Shown piece by piece: positions 15,271 to 24,770 of a stretch of 40,161 bases of DNA (positions are counted from its first letter, which is position 1; every line of letters begins with the position of its first letter). Below the pieces are notes generated by a model. It was not told the DNA's origin. It saw only the letters and a program-made list of their open reading frames with translations, and searched no databases. Location: contig ONXO01000035.1 of the NCBI GenBank assembly GCA_900321795.1, forward strand, positions 1-40,161, read 5' to 3'. The position numbers were made by a program, and so were the translations under genes. Source of the DNA: an uncultured Eubacteriales bacterium. GTDB taxonomy: Bacteria > Bacillota_I > Bacilli_A > RF39 > UBA660.

Positions 15271-16029
15271 TTAAACTGCTGTGTATCCTCCATCTACTGG
15301 AAGTATTATTCCCGTTACGTAACTAGCTTCTTCACTTGCTAAGAATATGGCAGCCGCATTTAGTTCACCTTCTTGGCCATATCTACCCATCGGCACATGG
15401 CTTTTAGCAAATTCTTGAAACTTTGGTGTATCTAAAACTGCTGTTGTAAGCTCTGTATAAAAGTATCCCGGACAAATGCAATTAACCGTAATTCCCACTT
15501 TTGCTAGTTCAGCTGCCGCTGCTCTTGTAAAGTTAACAACTCCTCCTTTGCTTGAGTGATAAGCAATTGTTGGTATTTCACTATTTCCTACCATTCCATA
15601 CATTGATGCTATGTTTATAATTCTTCCATAATGATTTTTTTTCATTATGTTTGCAAATGTTCTTGTCATTTTAAATACACTAGTTAGGTCAGTATTTATT
15701 GTAAAATCCCATTCTTCATCTTCCATCTCTAATACACCTTTGTCTTTTGAAGAACCCGCACAATTGACTAAGATATCGACTTTTCCAAAAACTTTCTCTA
15801 CTTTTCTTGCTGCTTCATTTATTTCTTCAGTAGAAGTTACATCACATTTGATAGCTAAAGCTTTTACTCCAATTTTCTCTATGTCTATTCTTAATTCTTC
15901 AAGCTTTTCAATTCTTCTTGCAATTAATGCTACGTCTGCTCCAGCACGAGCAAAACCTAAAGCCATTTGTTTTCCTAGTCCACTACTTGCGCCAGACACA
16001 ACTGCTACTCTTCCTTCTAAATCAAACAT
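15271..16029 (-). CDS. Short-chain dehydrogenase/reductase (FabG / gluconate-5-dehydrogenase-like)
   Basis: 252 aa. Has the cofactor motif VSGASSGLG, NCAG, and the catalytic Y-x3-K (YHSSK). Confidence 0.85.
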   Translation of the reverse strand: MFDLEGRVAVVSGASSGLGKQMALGFARAGADVALIARRIEKLEELRIDIEKIGVKALAIKCDVTSTEEINEAARKVEKVFGKVDILVNCAGSSKDKGVLEMEDEEWDFTINTDLTSVFKMTRTFANIMKKNHYGRIINIASMYGMVGNSEIPTIAYHSSKGGVVNFTRAAAAELAKVGITVNCICPGYFYTELTTAVLDTPKFQEFAKSHVPMGRYGQEGELNAAAIFLASEEASYVTGIILPVDGGYTAV

Positions 16030-16057
16030 ATTTTACCTTCTTTCTATATTTACAAAT

Positions 16058-16500
16058 CTATTTTAGCAAATAAGCTATTCCTTTTGCAATCCTCTTTTCC
16101 ACATCAGTAAAATGATTTCCTGCATTTATTACATATTTACACTGAACTTTGTCTTTTAATTGACAATATACTGTATCTATATTTTTTCTTACTTTACTTA
16201 ATATTTCATTTTTTTGTTTTTTAAATCCATATTTTTTTAATTGATTATAATCACATATACTTTATTTAAATGTTTCTTCTTCTAGCATAAATTATTTAGC
16301 AATACAATGTAGCATTACTAAGTTCACTTTCTATTAACTCCTCGTCATTTTTATATAATGGAATCGAGCTTATATTAGATAGATTATTTTAAATATTTAT
16401 CCGATAAATCTGTGTTGTAAACTTTGGTATTTTTTCTTCGTTTAATATGAGATAGCTATCACAATAATTAATCTTAATTATGTCATACTTAAAATCATAA
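16058..16500 (-). pseudogene. Decayed gene remnant, possibly an alpha/beta-hydrolase C-terminus
   Basis: The minus-strand frame reads ...KYGFKKQKNEILSKVRKNIDTVYCQLKDKVQCKYVINAGNHFTDVEKRIAKGIAYLLK-stop (stop at 16058-16060). Upstream frames are broken by stops, and no ORF of 60 aa or more exists in this 480-bp gap. Confidence 0.3.
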
Positions 16501-16547
16501 ATAATATAACAATAGAAAAGCATGATGTGTTTTCTTCATTATTCAAA

Positions 16548-17354
16548 TTAATATAAATTATACTTCATAAGGGCTGAGCATGAATCATCATAATTATAAC
16601 ATGGATAGACATATTGTTTTTCTTTAGACTTATCTATTTCTTTAATATTGGCCACATCTATATATATCATATCGTAGCCATCTCTTGTTTTTCCTTTAGC
16701 AATAACTCCTTCTATTTCATACCATTTGCCTTCTATTACTTTGCTAGTGTCATATTTTGAAATAAAACCAGCAAATGAGGCATCTGCAACACAGCAACTG
16801 ATTGAATATTTACCTATTGCAAAATATCCTTCTGGCATATAATCATTTTTCACTATGAAACCCCTTACTCTTATTGTTTTACCTACTTGGTTATAGGCTT
16901 CATTTTTAGAATTCATATAACTTGTTAAATACTCGTAAGTCTCATCAATTATTTCAAAATCCACTTCTTCAAAAGTGTTATTCTTTTCTTCTTTTTTTTC
17001 AAATGCCTCAGGAATAATAATTTCTTCTATATTTTCTTCCACTTCTTCTACTATAGGTGCAGCACTTGTGTTTGTGAACATTCTGTTGCTAGCTAAAGAC
17101 ACAGTTAATCTTCCGTCACCAGCAAGAATTATCATAACCAGTGGCAAAAGTAAAACTAAATCACTAATCTTAAACTTATACTCAACATTTTTATTTATTA
17201 GCAAAACCAGTCCCATTATTGTAATGGGAAATAATGAAATCTTAATATACAATGCTAAAGTTGGCGCTAAAAAGTTTAAAAGCATATCACTATGCCATAT
17301 ATAGATTATAATACCTGCATATAGAAAACAAATAAAACTTAAGAACTTTTTCAT
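16548..17354 (-). CDS. TIGR03943/DUF1980-family putative permease subunit (YcgQ-like)
   Basis: 268 aa. N-terminal TM segments and a C-terminal domain with a SCCVADA motif. Overlaps the upstream COG0701 permease by 4 nt. Confidence 0.7.
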   Translation of the reverse strand: MKKFLSFICFLYAGIIIYIWHSDMLLNFLAPTLALYIKISLFPITIMGLVLLINKNVEYKFKISDLVLLLPLVMIILAGDGRLTVSLASNRMFTNTSAAPIVEEVEENIEEIIIPEAFEKKEEKNNTFEEVDFEIIDETYEYLTSYMNSKNEAYNQVGKTIRVRGFIVKNDYMPEGYFAIGKYSISCCVADASFAGFISKYDTSKVIEGKWYEIEGVIAKGKTRDGYDMIYIDVANIKEIDKSKEKQYVYPCYNYDDSCSALMKYNLY

Positions 17355-18262
17355 ATGATTTTCACCACCAGTACAGACGCTATGAATGTGATTAAAAATA
17401 TAAGAGTAATTAAAGTAAATACAAAGCTTTTTTTATAGTTTCCTAAAAGCACTATTGTGTTTTTAATATCTATCATAGGACCTAAAAGCAAATATGCTAC
17501 TATTGAGCTTTTAGAGAATGATGATAACAAGGATTTACCAACAAATGAATCTGAAGTTGAGCAAAGTGATATTAAATAAGCAAATAGAAGTAGAACTATG
17601 ATTGATAAAATTTCATTATTATTAAAGAAAGATAATATATTTCTAGGAAGAAGAGTTTGAACTAAGCTTGCAATAAACGCTCCAAACATTAAAAACTTTA
17701 CTACATCAAATAAATCTACTCCTGTATGTTTAATTATACTAAGAATATTATTTTTAATACTTCTTTTATGATTATGATTTTCTTTAGAGTGACAGTGGTT
17801 GCAAGTGCATTCTTCATCTTTTCCATTTAATACTTCTTTAGTGCCAAATATAATTCCCATAATAATACCGATAAGTAAGGAAACAATTATTCCAAGTATA
17901 AGTCTATACCAAAAAATTTCAGGATTAGTTTTATAAAATGCAGAATATGTAGAAAGTAAAACTACAGGATTTATAATAGGCGAAGCGAGCATAAAAGATA
18001 TTGCTACGTTAATAGGAACTTTTTTCTTTAAAAGTCTTTTAGATACAGGAATAACTGCACAGTCGCAAGCAGGAAGGAAAAAGCCTAAAAATACTCCAAC
18101 TATAGATCCTAATACTTTATTTTTTGGCACGATTTTAGTTATAGTTTCATTTGATACATATGTTTCAATAATTGCAGAGATAAAGCTTCCAAGCAGTAAA
18201 AATGGAAAGCTTTCAAAGAAAATTGACATAAATATAATTGCTATATTTTTTATTATATCCAT
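17351..18262 (-). CDS. COG0701/DUF318 permease (YcgR-like) with a Cys/His-rich loop
   Basis: 303 aa, polytopic. Has PACDCAV and a central loop DEECTCNHCHSKENHNHKRS. Confidence 0.7.
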   Translation of the reverse strand: MDIIKNIAIIFMSIFFESFPFLLLGSFISAIIETYVSNETITKIVPKNKVLGSIVGVFLGFFLPACDCAVIPVSKRLLKKKVPINVAISFMLASPIINPVVLLSTYSAFYKTNPEIFWYRLILGIIVSLLIGIIMGIIFGTKEVLNGKDEECTCNHCHSKENHNHKRSIKNNILSIIKHTGVDLFDVVKFLMFGAFIASLVQTLLPRNILSFFNNNEILSIIVLLLFAYLISLCSTSDSFVGKSLLSSFSKSSIVAYLLLGPMIDIKNTIVLLGNYKKSFVFTLITLIFLITFIASVLVVKII

Positions 18263-18270
18263 AAATCCTC

Positions 18271-19110
18271 CTAAAGTACCAAATCCACTATAATTCCAAC
18301 AATCACACCCACAAAATATATAATTGATAACACTTTTAAGTTTTCTTTTAAGTCTTTATTAGTCTTGAAAAGAAGTAATATTCCTAGCCCACTTCCAGTT
18401 AATAAACCGCTCATTAATGTTCCAATTGTTATTATTTCAGATAAATATAGTTCAGTTATAATGACACTACTAGCACAGTTTGGAATTAATCCTATAAGGC
18501 TTGCCAAAAAGTAAGTAAATATGTTTTTTGAAAGCAATAAATTAGATAATTTATCCTCTCCTACAAAATATATAATTAAACTTATAATAAGATTAGCTAA
18601 TAATATAAAAAATCCTATTTTTAATGTGTGTTTTATGCTAGAAAGTATAACACCTTCTTTTTCACATTCGCAATGGTCATGCTCACACATTTCACTTATG
18701 TGCTCGTGACTATCTTCATTTCTTTTAAATATTAAATCAACTATAAAACCTACAATTATTCCGATTAGAACTTTAAAAGCAATAATTTTTAATATTGTTA
18801 TTATATTAGTCTGCTCGCTTATCATAATTGGCAGCATCTCATCACTTGTTGATAAAAATACAGCTATTAAAGTACCCATAGTAATAATTTTATTTGAAAA
18901 CAAGGAAGAAGCCATCGTTCCAAATCCACACTGAGGAAGTGCTCCAAGTACTCCACCAACAATAGGACCATATTTCTTATTCTTTATAAGAATCTCTTGA
19001 TTTTTATGACTTAACTTATGCTCAATGAACTCAAGCACTATAAAAGTGATAAATAGATATGGTATTAGTTTTAATGTGTCTAAAAGTGCATCCAATATAA
19101 CATCTAACAT
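18271..19110 (-). CDS. ArsP_2/DUF2899-type putative metal transporter (often annotated as a putative manganese transporter)
   Basis: 279 aa, polytopic. N-terminus MLDVILDALLDTLKLIPYLF. Central loop EDSHEHISEMCEHDHCECEKE. Confidence 0.6.
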   Translation of the reverse strand: MLDVILDALLDTLKLIPYLFITFIVLEFIEHKLSHKNQEILIKNKKYGPIVGGVLGALPQCGFGTMASSLFSNKIITMGTLIAVFLSTSDEMLPIMISEQTNIITILKIIAFKVLIGIIVGFIVDLIFKRNEDSHEHISEMCEHDHCECEKEGVILSSIKHTLKIGFFILLANLIISLIIYFVGEDKLSNLLLSKNIFTYFLASLIGLIPNCASSVIITELYLSEIITIGTLMSGLLTGSGLGILLLFKTNKDLKENLKVLSIIYFVGVIVGIIVDLVL

Positions 19111-19112
19111 AT

Positions 19113-19502
19113 TTACTTCCCTCCTTTACTGCATTTGCTGCACAGTCCATTTATAATAATGTTTTCTTTATTAAATTGGAAATTGTGTTTTAAACTTATA
19201 TGCTCGTATAACTCTTTAATACAGTCACAATCTATATGTATTAAATTCCCACATTTTTCACATTTTAAATAGAAATGATTTTCTTCATTACACTCTTCCA
19301 AGTATTGGTAATAAAAACTATCTTCTTGATGAGTAATTTTTTTGACAATTCCTTCTTTTTCTAGTTTATCGATAAGTCTATAAATAGTTGTTAAGCCTAT
19401 ATTTCCATTTAGTTCATTATAAATATCTCTTATTGCAAACTCTTTCTTTTGCTTTTTTATAGCATTTAATATACTATCTTTTTGTTTAGTGTTGTATGTC
19501 AT
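19113..19502 (-). CDS. Fur-family metal-responsive transcriptional regulator (Zur/Fur-like)
   Basis: 129 aa. A winged-helix N-terminus (TTIYRLIDKLEKEGIVKK) plus two CxxC pairs (CEKCG, CSKC). First gene of the metal-transporter operon. Confidence 0.8.
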   Translation of the reverse strand: MTYNTKQKDSILNAIKKQKKEFAIRDIYNELNGNIGLTTIYRLIDKLEKEGIVKKITHQEDSFYYQYLEECNEENHFYLKCEKCGNLIHIDCDCIKELYEHISLKHNFQFNKENIIINGLCSKCSKGGK

Positions 19503-19520
19503 ATATTCTTCCTTTCAATT

Positions 19521-19535
19521 TGAAAATGATTTTCA
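19521..19535. promoter_or_regulatory. Fur-box-like 7-1-7 palindrome (candidate operator)
   Basis: TGAAAATGATTTTCA is a perfect palindrome. It differs from the TGATAATnATTATCA consensus only at the symmetric 4th position. It lies 7-21 nt downstream of the -10 and 19-33 nt upstream of the ATG. Confidence 0.6.
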
Positions 19536-19541
19536 GTTTCA

Positions 19542-19569
19542 ATTATAGCACATATATTAACAAAAGCAA
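19542..19569 (-). promoter_or_regulatory. Promoter of the fur-family operon
   Basis: The minus strand has TTGCTT, a 16-nt spacer, then TGcTATAAT (an extended -10). Confidence 0.55.
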
Positions 19570-19707
19570 GAAAAAATCAAGCTTTTAACTTGGCTTTTGT
19601 TTACTATAATAATTGTACAGTATCTCTTAAATCAAAATGCATATCTATTATCATTAAAAATATATGCAATATATAAGTTTTATGCCACGAAATAATTCAG
19701 TTGGAAA

Positions 19708-20085
19708 TTAATACGTAGATGCTTGTGATTTAACAATTAGCCACTTACCATTTCTTTTTTCTAAAACTAAGTCTTGCCTTAATCTCCACCAAGAAGTACT
19801 CATTCCAAAAGGCGAAGCTAGTGTTTTAGTCTTTCCGATTACAAAAGCTTTATTACCTTCTATTTTAACTTCTATACTTTCATGAATTGAGTCAAAATAT
19901 TTAAGTTCTCCTTTATTAACTGAAATAGTATAATCTTCTTTACTTTGTTTCATTCCTGTCATATGAATTAAAACATAATCATCAGACAATAAATCATTCA
20001 ATTTATCTAAATCTTTGTTGATACTAGCTTCACATAAATCAATATATAATTTTCTTATTATTTCTTCATCTTTCATCAATTTCAC
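19708..20085 (-). CDS. NTF2-fold (SnoaL/DUF4440-like) protein
   Basis: 125 aa. The N-terminal helix pattern with DLDKLNDLLSDDYVLIHMTG and a C-terminal W-rich beta-sheet are typical of the family. Confidence 0.6.
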   Translation of the reverse strand: MKLMKDEEIIRKLYIDLCEASINKDLDKLNDLLSDDYVLIHMTGMKQSKEDYTISVNKGELKYFDSIHESIEVKIEGNKAFVIGKTKTLASPFGMSTSWWRLRQDLVLEKRNGKWLIVKSQASTY

Positions 20086-20086
20086 C

Positions 20087-20821
20087 TTACTTTTTAAATA
20101 ATTTAGAACTTATATAAGCTGTTATGGGGATAATTAAAATTGATGTTATAAATGACAGCAGAAGCTCTAGAATTACTTGTGCAAATGCTTTATAGTTAAT
20201 AATATAGCCAAAAGATGTATCTCTGTGCCACATAAAGAAACCTATAAAACCACTTATAATAGCAAAGTATAAGGTGTTAATAGTAGTAGCAAGTATGTCT
20301 TTACCTACATTCATTCCTGATTTAAACAATTCTTTACTAGATATATCACGATTATTAACAAGTATTTCATTCATAGCTGAACTTATTGAAATAGATGTAT
20401 CTATAACAGTACCTATAATACATACTAAATATACACCTACTATTACATCATTCATATTGTAGTTAATGTCCCTATTATACATTCCAACAGTATCAAGCTC
20501 TTCTACTGAAAATCCTCCAACATGACTTACCTTGCCAATAACAATAATAAATATACTTATTATTAAAAGCACAAACAAAATTGAAATAAACGAAGATTTT
20601 GTCTTATTATTGTAACCATTTAGAATGAAAAGAGATACTATTGTGGATAAGATACATGTTATAATAGCAAGCACAATTGCACTTATTCCTAAAGCCATAA
20701 ATCTTACGTAAAGTATAATTAAGAATAGACTAAGTATGAAAGACAAGAAAGTTTTAAATCCTCTTTCCCTTCCTACTAAAAGAAGTAAAGAGAAAAATAT
20801 TATAAATAGTATAGTAATCAT
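20087..20821 (-). CDS. YibE/F family membrane protein
   Basis: 244 aa, polytopic. Paired with, and overlapping by 4 nt, a second YibE/F-like gene. Confidence 0.7.
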   Translation of the reverse strand: MITILFIIFFSLLLLVGRERGFKTFLSFILSLFLIILYVRFMALGISAIVLAIITCILSTIVSLFILNGYNNKTKSSFISILFVLLIISIFIIVIGKVSHVGGFSVEELDTVGMYNRDINYNMNDVIVGVYLVCIIGTVIDTSISISSAMNEILVNNRDISSKELFKSGMNVGKDILATTINTLYFAIISGFIGFFMWHRDTSFGYIINYKAFAQVILELLLSFITSILIIPITAYISSKLFKK

Positions 20822-21903
20822 TTAATTTCCTCCTTCCCTTTAAGTATAAATACAGAAGTATATAGGGATATTGGAATTGTAAGCACAATAGAAATACAAG
20901 CGCATAGTACAGTAGTTAGTTCAAGCTCTCCATATATGTTTAATGCATTAATAAGTAGGATATTATCCTTAATTGCAAGTAGAATACTGGGAAGTACAGG
21001 TGTAAATACAGTAAAAAGCATCACATTGCTCATAGTACCAACTATATCTTTAGATATTTCTTTTCCAGATTTAATAAGTGATTTTCTTTCAATATTTGGA
21101 TTTTTTAATATTAGCTCATTAAGAGAAGAACTTATTGTAATGGAGATATCCATAATTGCACCTAATCCACATAAAAGTATACTTGTATAGAAAAAGTTTT
21201 GATAGTCATGTACAGCTTCGATGTATTCCATAGACCATATAAATAAGTCTTTACCAAATAATTTGATTAAAGAAAAAGATAAGCCAAAGGATATGAATAA
21301 GGATATTATACTAGAAGCAATTGCAGATATAGTTTTCTTGCCCTTGCCGTTTGTTATATAAAGTGAAATAACAATAAAAAGTATAGAAACAATTATATAT
21401 AAAAGTAACATATTAATATTTCTAAAATTCCTTTTGAATATCATTATTGCTAAAGATGTTAATGCAATGTTTATAAATAAGCTTAGTAAAGTTTTAACTC
21501 CTTTATTATTTGCTACAATTAATATTGAATCTATAAAGATAATAAGAAGTATTATTAAGTATTTATCTCTTTTTATATTTTGTATAGATATAAAATCACC
21601 ATTTGTGTTTAGATTAACAAAGACTTCAGTGTTTTCTTCTATCCTCATGTCAAAGACTTGTGAATAAGATGATGTATTTGTAATGGTTAACTCTTTTCCT
21701 TTAAACTCTCCATTCATGATAATTCCAGTAATTCTCTGATCTAAGTATTCTTCTTTATGCAAAGTACTTTCTCTTGTTTCATTATTTATTTTTTTAACCT
21801 TTAATATAGGTGTATTGTATAAAAAGTAATCATTATATACAAATATAATTGCTATTAAAGATAGAATAACCATTATTATTAATTTATAATTTATCTTTTT
21901 CAT
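20818..21903 (-). CDS. YibE/F family membrane protein (long form with an N-terminal extracytoplasmic domain)
   Basis: 361 aa. One TM segment, a ~100-aa soluble domain, then a YibE/F-like polytopic region. Confidence 0.7.
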   Translation of the reverse strand: MKKINYKLIIMVILSLIAIIFVYNDYFLYNTPILKVKKINNETRESTLHKEEYLDQRITGIIMNGEFKGKELTITNTSSYSQVFDMRIEENTEVFVNLNTNGDFISIQNIKRDKYLIILLIIFIDSILIVANNKGVKTLLSLFINIALTSLAIMIFKRNFRNINMLLLYIIVSILFIVISLYITNGKGKKTISAIASSIISLFISFGLSFSLIKLFGKDLFIWSMEYIEAVHDYQNFFYTSILLCGLGAIMDISITISSSLNELILKNPNIERKSLIKSGKEISKDIVGTMSNVMLFTVFTPVLPSILLAIKDNILLINALNIYGELELTTVLCACISIVLTIPISLYTSVFILKGKEEIK

Positions 21904-21981
21904 AAGTGACTCCTAGAAATATTTTATCATAGAAAAAGTAAATCTCAAAATCAAGATTTACTTAAATATATCATAAGCAAA

Positions 21982-23634
21982 TTATTCGCTGTAAGTAGCA
22001 ACACCACTAAATAAGTTAGATATTCCACTTATTACAAAGTCTTTATTGGATGCTGTAGTGTTTCCACCCATGTTATTAGGCATATTTCCTGGCATGCTTT
22101 GCATTTCAGTTCTATCTTTAGAAGTCCTATTTCCATTTTCGCCATTAAAGCTATTAGGTATTCCAGCGCCCATACCCTGAATATTATTTGAATTATATCC
22201 TAGCTGTTCACCACCTGCGAAAGTAGCGTTTGTATAAAATCCAAAGTTTTCACTTCCATTAATAGTTCCATTTTTATACATATTATATGTTCCGTTTATT
22301 AATTTACTTGAAGAATAAACCAAATTAGCATATGTCCTATCAGTCTTATATGAGAATACCACATTAGAGTTTTGATCTAATAATGTAATTACATCATTTT
22401 CAGTAGTTGATGTTCCAAAAGAAAGCACCATAAAGTTTTGTTTAGAATCACTTTTAACTTCGTCATACATGTCACCTGTCGCTAAAATAGTTCCACCATT
22501 AATGTATATTCCAGATTCACTATCTATTCCAGCATCTTGTCCAGGTTTAGCTAAAGCGACTATTGTTCCACCATTTATGATAAGCTCACCATTTGAATCT
22601 ATTGCATCTCCTTCATCAGCTTCTAAAGAAACGATTGCATAAAGTGAATTAACATCTATTGTTAATGTATTTCTAGCATTAGTACCATCTGTAGTAGTAT
22701 TAAGGCAATCATCTTGTGCATTAACAACATAATCTCCTATTCCTCCAGCAAATGTTAAGTTACCTTTAGTTTCAACTCCTTCTTTGTTCTTACTTGTTAC
22801 TTCTAGATAACCTTCACCTTCAAAATACAAATCTATATCAGAGCTAATAGCGCCTGCAGCTTTATAGAAATAATATGGATCTCCATCTTGTAAATCTTCA
22901 TTATCCGCAGTGATTTTAGCAAATAAGACTTTATCGATATCAGCTTTAGTGTAAACACCATAATAATTTGTATAAGCAGTATAATTAGTTTTATTACTTC
23001 CTGAATACCTTGATGTATATGAAGATAACTCATCACTTCCAATTAAAGATACTTTCTTAAGTTTTCCACCTTCTATATAGTTTTTAGTGTTTTGAGTAGC
23101 ATTAATAACTACTTTAGCACCAGTATAATTTATATCTTTATTATATACATGAATAACTAGTACTTTTTTAGAATCAGTGTCAAGTTTTACACCATTTAAC
23201 AAAATGTTGATTTTACCATTTACATCATTTGTGTTGACAGCAATCATTCCGCCTACTAACTCACCAGTAAATTCATAGGTTCCAGAACTTTTAATATTAA
23301 TTACAGTCCCAGTATATGTTTTAACTTCAACGTCGTTTCCTTCTTCTATAAAATCATCTAAATCATAAGTTTTATACATTCCGGCACCGTCAAATAAAAA
23401 CTCTGTAACGTAAACGTTAGGTAAACCACTATTTTTATAATCATTTAAAAATGTTTCGTAATCTTCTTTTGTATAAGTCTTTAAACTAGATAAATCAGAT
23501 AGATTAACACTTATATCAGCAACTACACTAGAAGCATTATTATTTTCTTTAGCACTATTTTTATTATTATATAAATAACCAGCAACCCCCAGAGCAGCCA
23601 ATAAAACTACAAATAAAACTAAAATAAATTTCTT
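21982..23634 (-). CDS. Cthe_2159-like carbohydrate-binding beta-helix protein, secreted or anchored
   Basis: The pattern GTYEFTGELVGGMIAVN...INILLNGVKLD is typical of PF14262-type proteins. The reading frame stays open upstream of the track TTG (23601) through a signal-peptide-like KKKFILVLFVVLLAALG. There is no ATG/GTG/TTG at the Shine-Dalgarno-appropriate position (see findings). Confidence 0.65.
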   Translation of the reverse strand, partial: KKFILVLFVVLLAALGVAGYLYNNKNSAKENNNASSVVADISVNLSDLSSLKTYTKEDYETFLNDYKNSGLPNVYVTEFLFDGAGMYKTYDLDDFIEEGNDVEVKTYTGTVINIKSSGTYEFTGELVGGMIAVNTNDVNGKINILLNGVKLDTDSKKVLVIHVYNKDINYTGAKVVINATQNTKNYIEGGKLKKVSLIGSDELSSYTSRYSGSNKTNYTAYTNYYGVYTKADIDKVLFAKITADNEDLQDGDPYYFYKAAGAISSDIDLYFEGEGYLEVTSKNKEGVETKGNLTFAGGIGDYVVNAQDDCLNTTTDGTNARNTLTIDVNSLYAIVSLEADEGDAIDSNGELIINGGTIVALAKPGQDAGIDSESGIYINGGTILATGDMYDEVKSDSKQNFMVLSFGTSTTENDVITLLDQNSNVVFSYKTDRTYANLVYSSSKLINGTYNMYKNGTINGSENFGFYTNATFAGGEQLGYNSNNIQGMGAGIPNSFNGENGNRTSKDRTEMQSMPGNMPNNMGGNTTASNKDFVISGISNLFSGVATYSE

Positions 23635-23725
23635 CTTCTTTCCTCCTTTATTATCAAATTTAGTTTGTCACATAATAAAGTATTTAATCAATATTAAAAA
23701 TTTAAAAAAAGATGAAAAGTTTCAT

Positions 23726-23977
23726 CTAATTTTTACTCTCTATAGTTTTTAGAGTTTTTTTGACACTTTTGCTTTCTATATTATTTATTGTATACCATCC
23801 ATATTTAGTCATTTCGTCATATGTATTAGCTTGATGTTTCATAGTTTCGTCAAGTCCTCTTTTAAGTAAGCTTCTCATATCTACATTCGAGCTTTCTAAA
23901 GTCCCATGGACATAAACTTCAACTGTACTTTTTAATAATAACAAATAATTTTCCATTAATAACTGATCTTTACTCAT
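23726..23977 (-). CDS. Spore coat protein, CotF (Coat_F) family
   Basis: 83 aa. LLMENYLLLLKSTVEVYVHGTLESSN...MRSLLK...HQANTYDEMTKYGWY matches the Coat_F pattern. Confidence 0.7.
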   Translation of the reverse strand: MSKDQLLMENYLLLLKSTVEVYVHGTLESSNVDMRSLLKRGLDETMKHQANTYDEMTKYGWYTINNIESKSVKKTLKTIESKN

Positions 23978-24161
23978 TGGCTTTCTCCTTTAACATATTC
24001 ATTAGTTTTTCTTTCATGGTTTTGTGTTTTTTCATTTCTTTTTCTATGAAAGTAACTAAATCTTCATTTTCTAGAAAGCTAACTGTTTCAGTAAGTACAT
24101 TAATTAAACTAGTTTCATGCCCGATGGCATCTTCTAAATATAATAATTCTTTTTGTGTCAT
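23970..24161 (-). CDS. Small helical protein coupled to the CotF-like gene
   Basis: 63 aa. Overlaps the CotF-like gene by 8 nt. This is the usual two-gene arrangement. Confidence 0.55.
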   Translation of the reverse strand: MTQKELLYLEDAIGHETSLINVLTETVSFLENEDLVTFIEKEMKKHKTMKEKLMNMLKEKANE

Positions 24162-24231
24162 AACTATCCTCCTATAATTAGTATGGATAATTATTTAAAA
24201 ATTATAATCATTTTCTTAGTTTTTTAGTAGG

Positions 24232-24700
24232 CTAGCTTATATGCGGTACATGATTAATTCTAATATCACTATCCATATATGTTAATGGACTAATAATTAT
24301 ATTAGCAATTATCAAAATCATAATGTTCTTGTTTGTGCGTTCTTGGTTATACATATCACCCATTACTAATATATCAGTTTTATTTACTTTCTTTTCAAAA
24401 ATATAGTTTGCTAATTCATAGGCAATTATAGTCCTTGTAAAATCTAATTCCATACAATTTTTATATACTATTAATTTATTAGAATTAAACATGTCTATTC
24501 TATATTCTGTTTCATTTACTAACAATAGTCCGGAGGAAAAAATGCACCTCTAATATCAAATCCAAGATCAGTACCCAATTTAAAAATATCGATATTATCA
24601 AATGATTCACATATATCTACATTATCAATTTTATTGTCTTTTAAGAATGATAAAACAATATTTTTTGCTTGCAAAATTTCTTATAATTGTAATTAGTAAG
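24232..24700 (-). pseudogene. ImmA/IrrE (peptidase M78)-like gene, frameshifted and with a degenerate HExxH
   Basis: The downstream frame has ...TRTIIAYELANYIF...IIANIIISP, where the family normally has AHELGHY...FAxxLLMP. An upstream fragment (EILQAKNIVLSFLKDNKIDNVDICESFDNIDIFKLGTDLGFDIRGAFFPPDYC-stop) lies in another frame, with a shift near 24525-24535 and a second one near 24690. Confidence 0.4.
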
Positions 24701-24770
24701 CATAGTTTTCAAGTTTAAATATTTATTTTAAAAGAAAATTTTTAAGCTAAATTAAATACATAATAGATAT

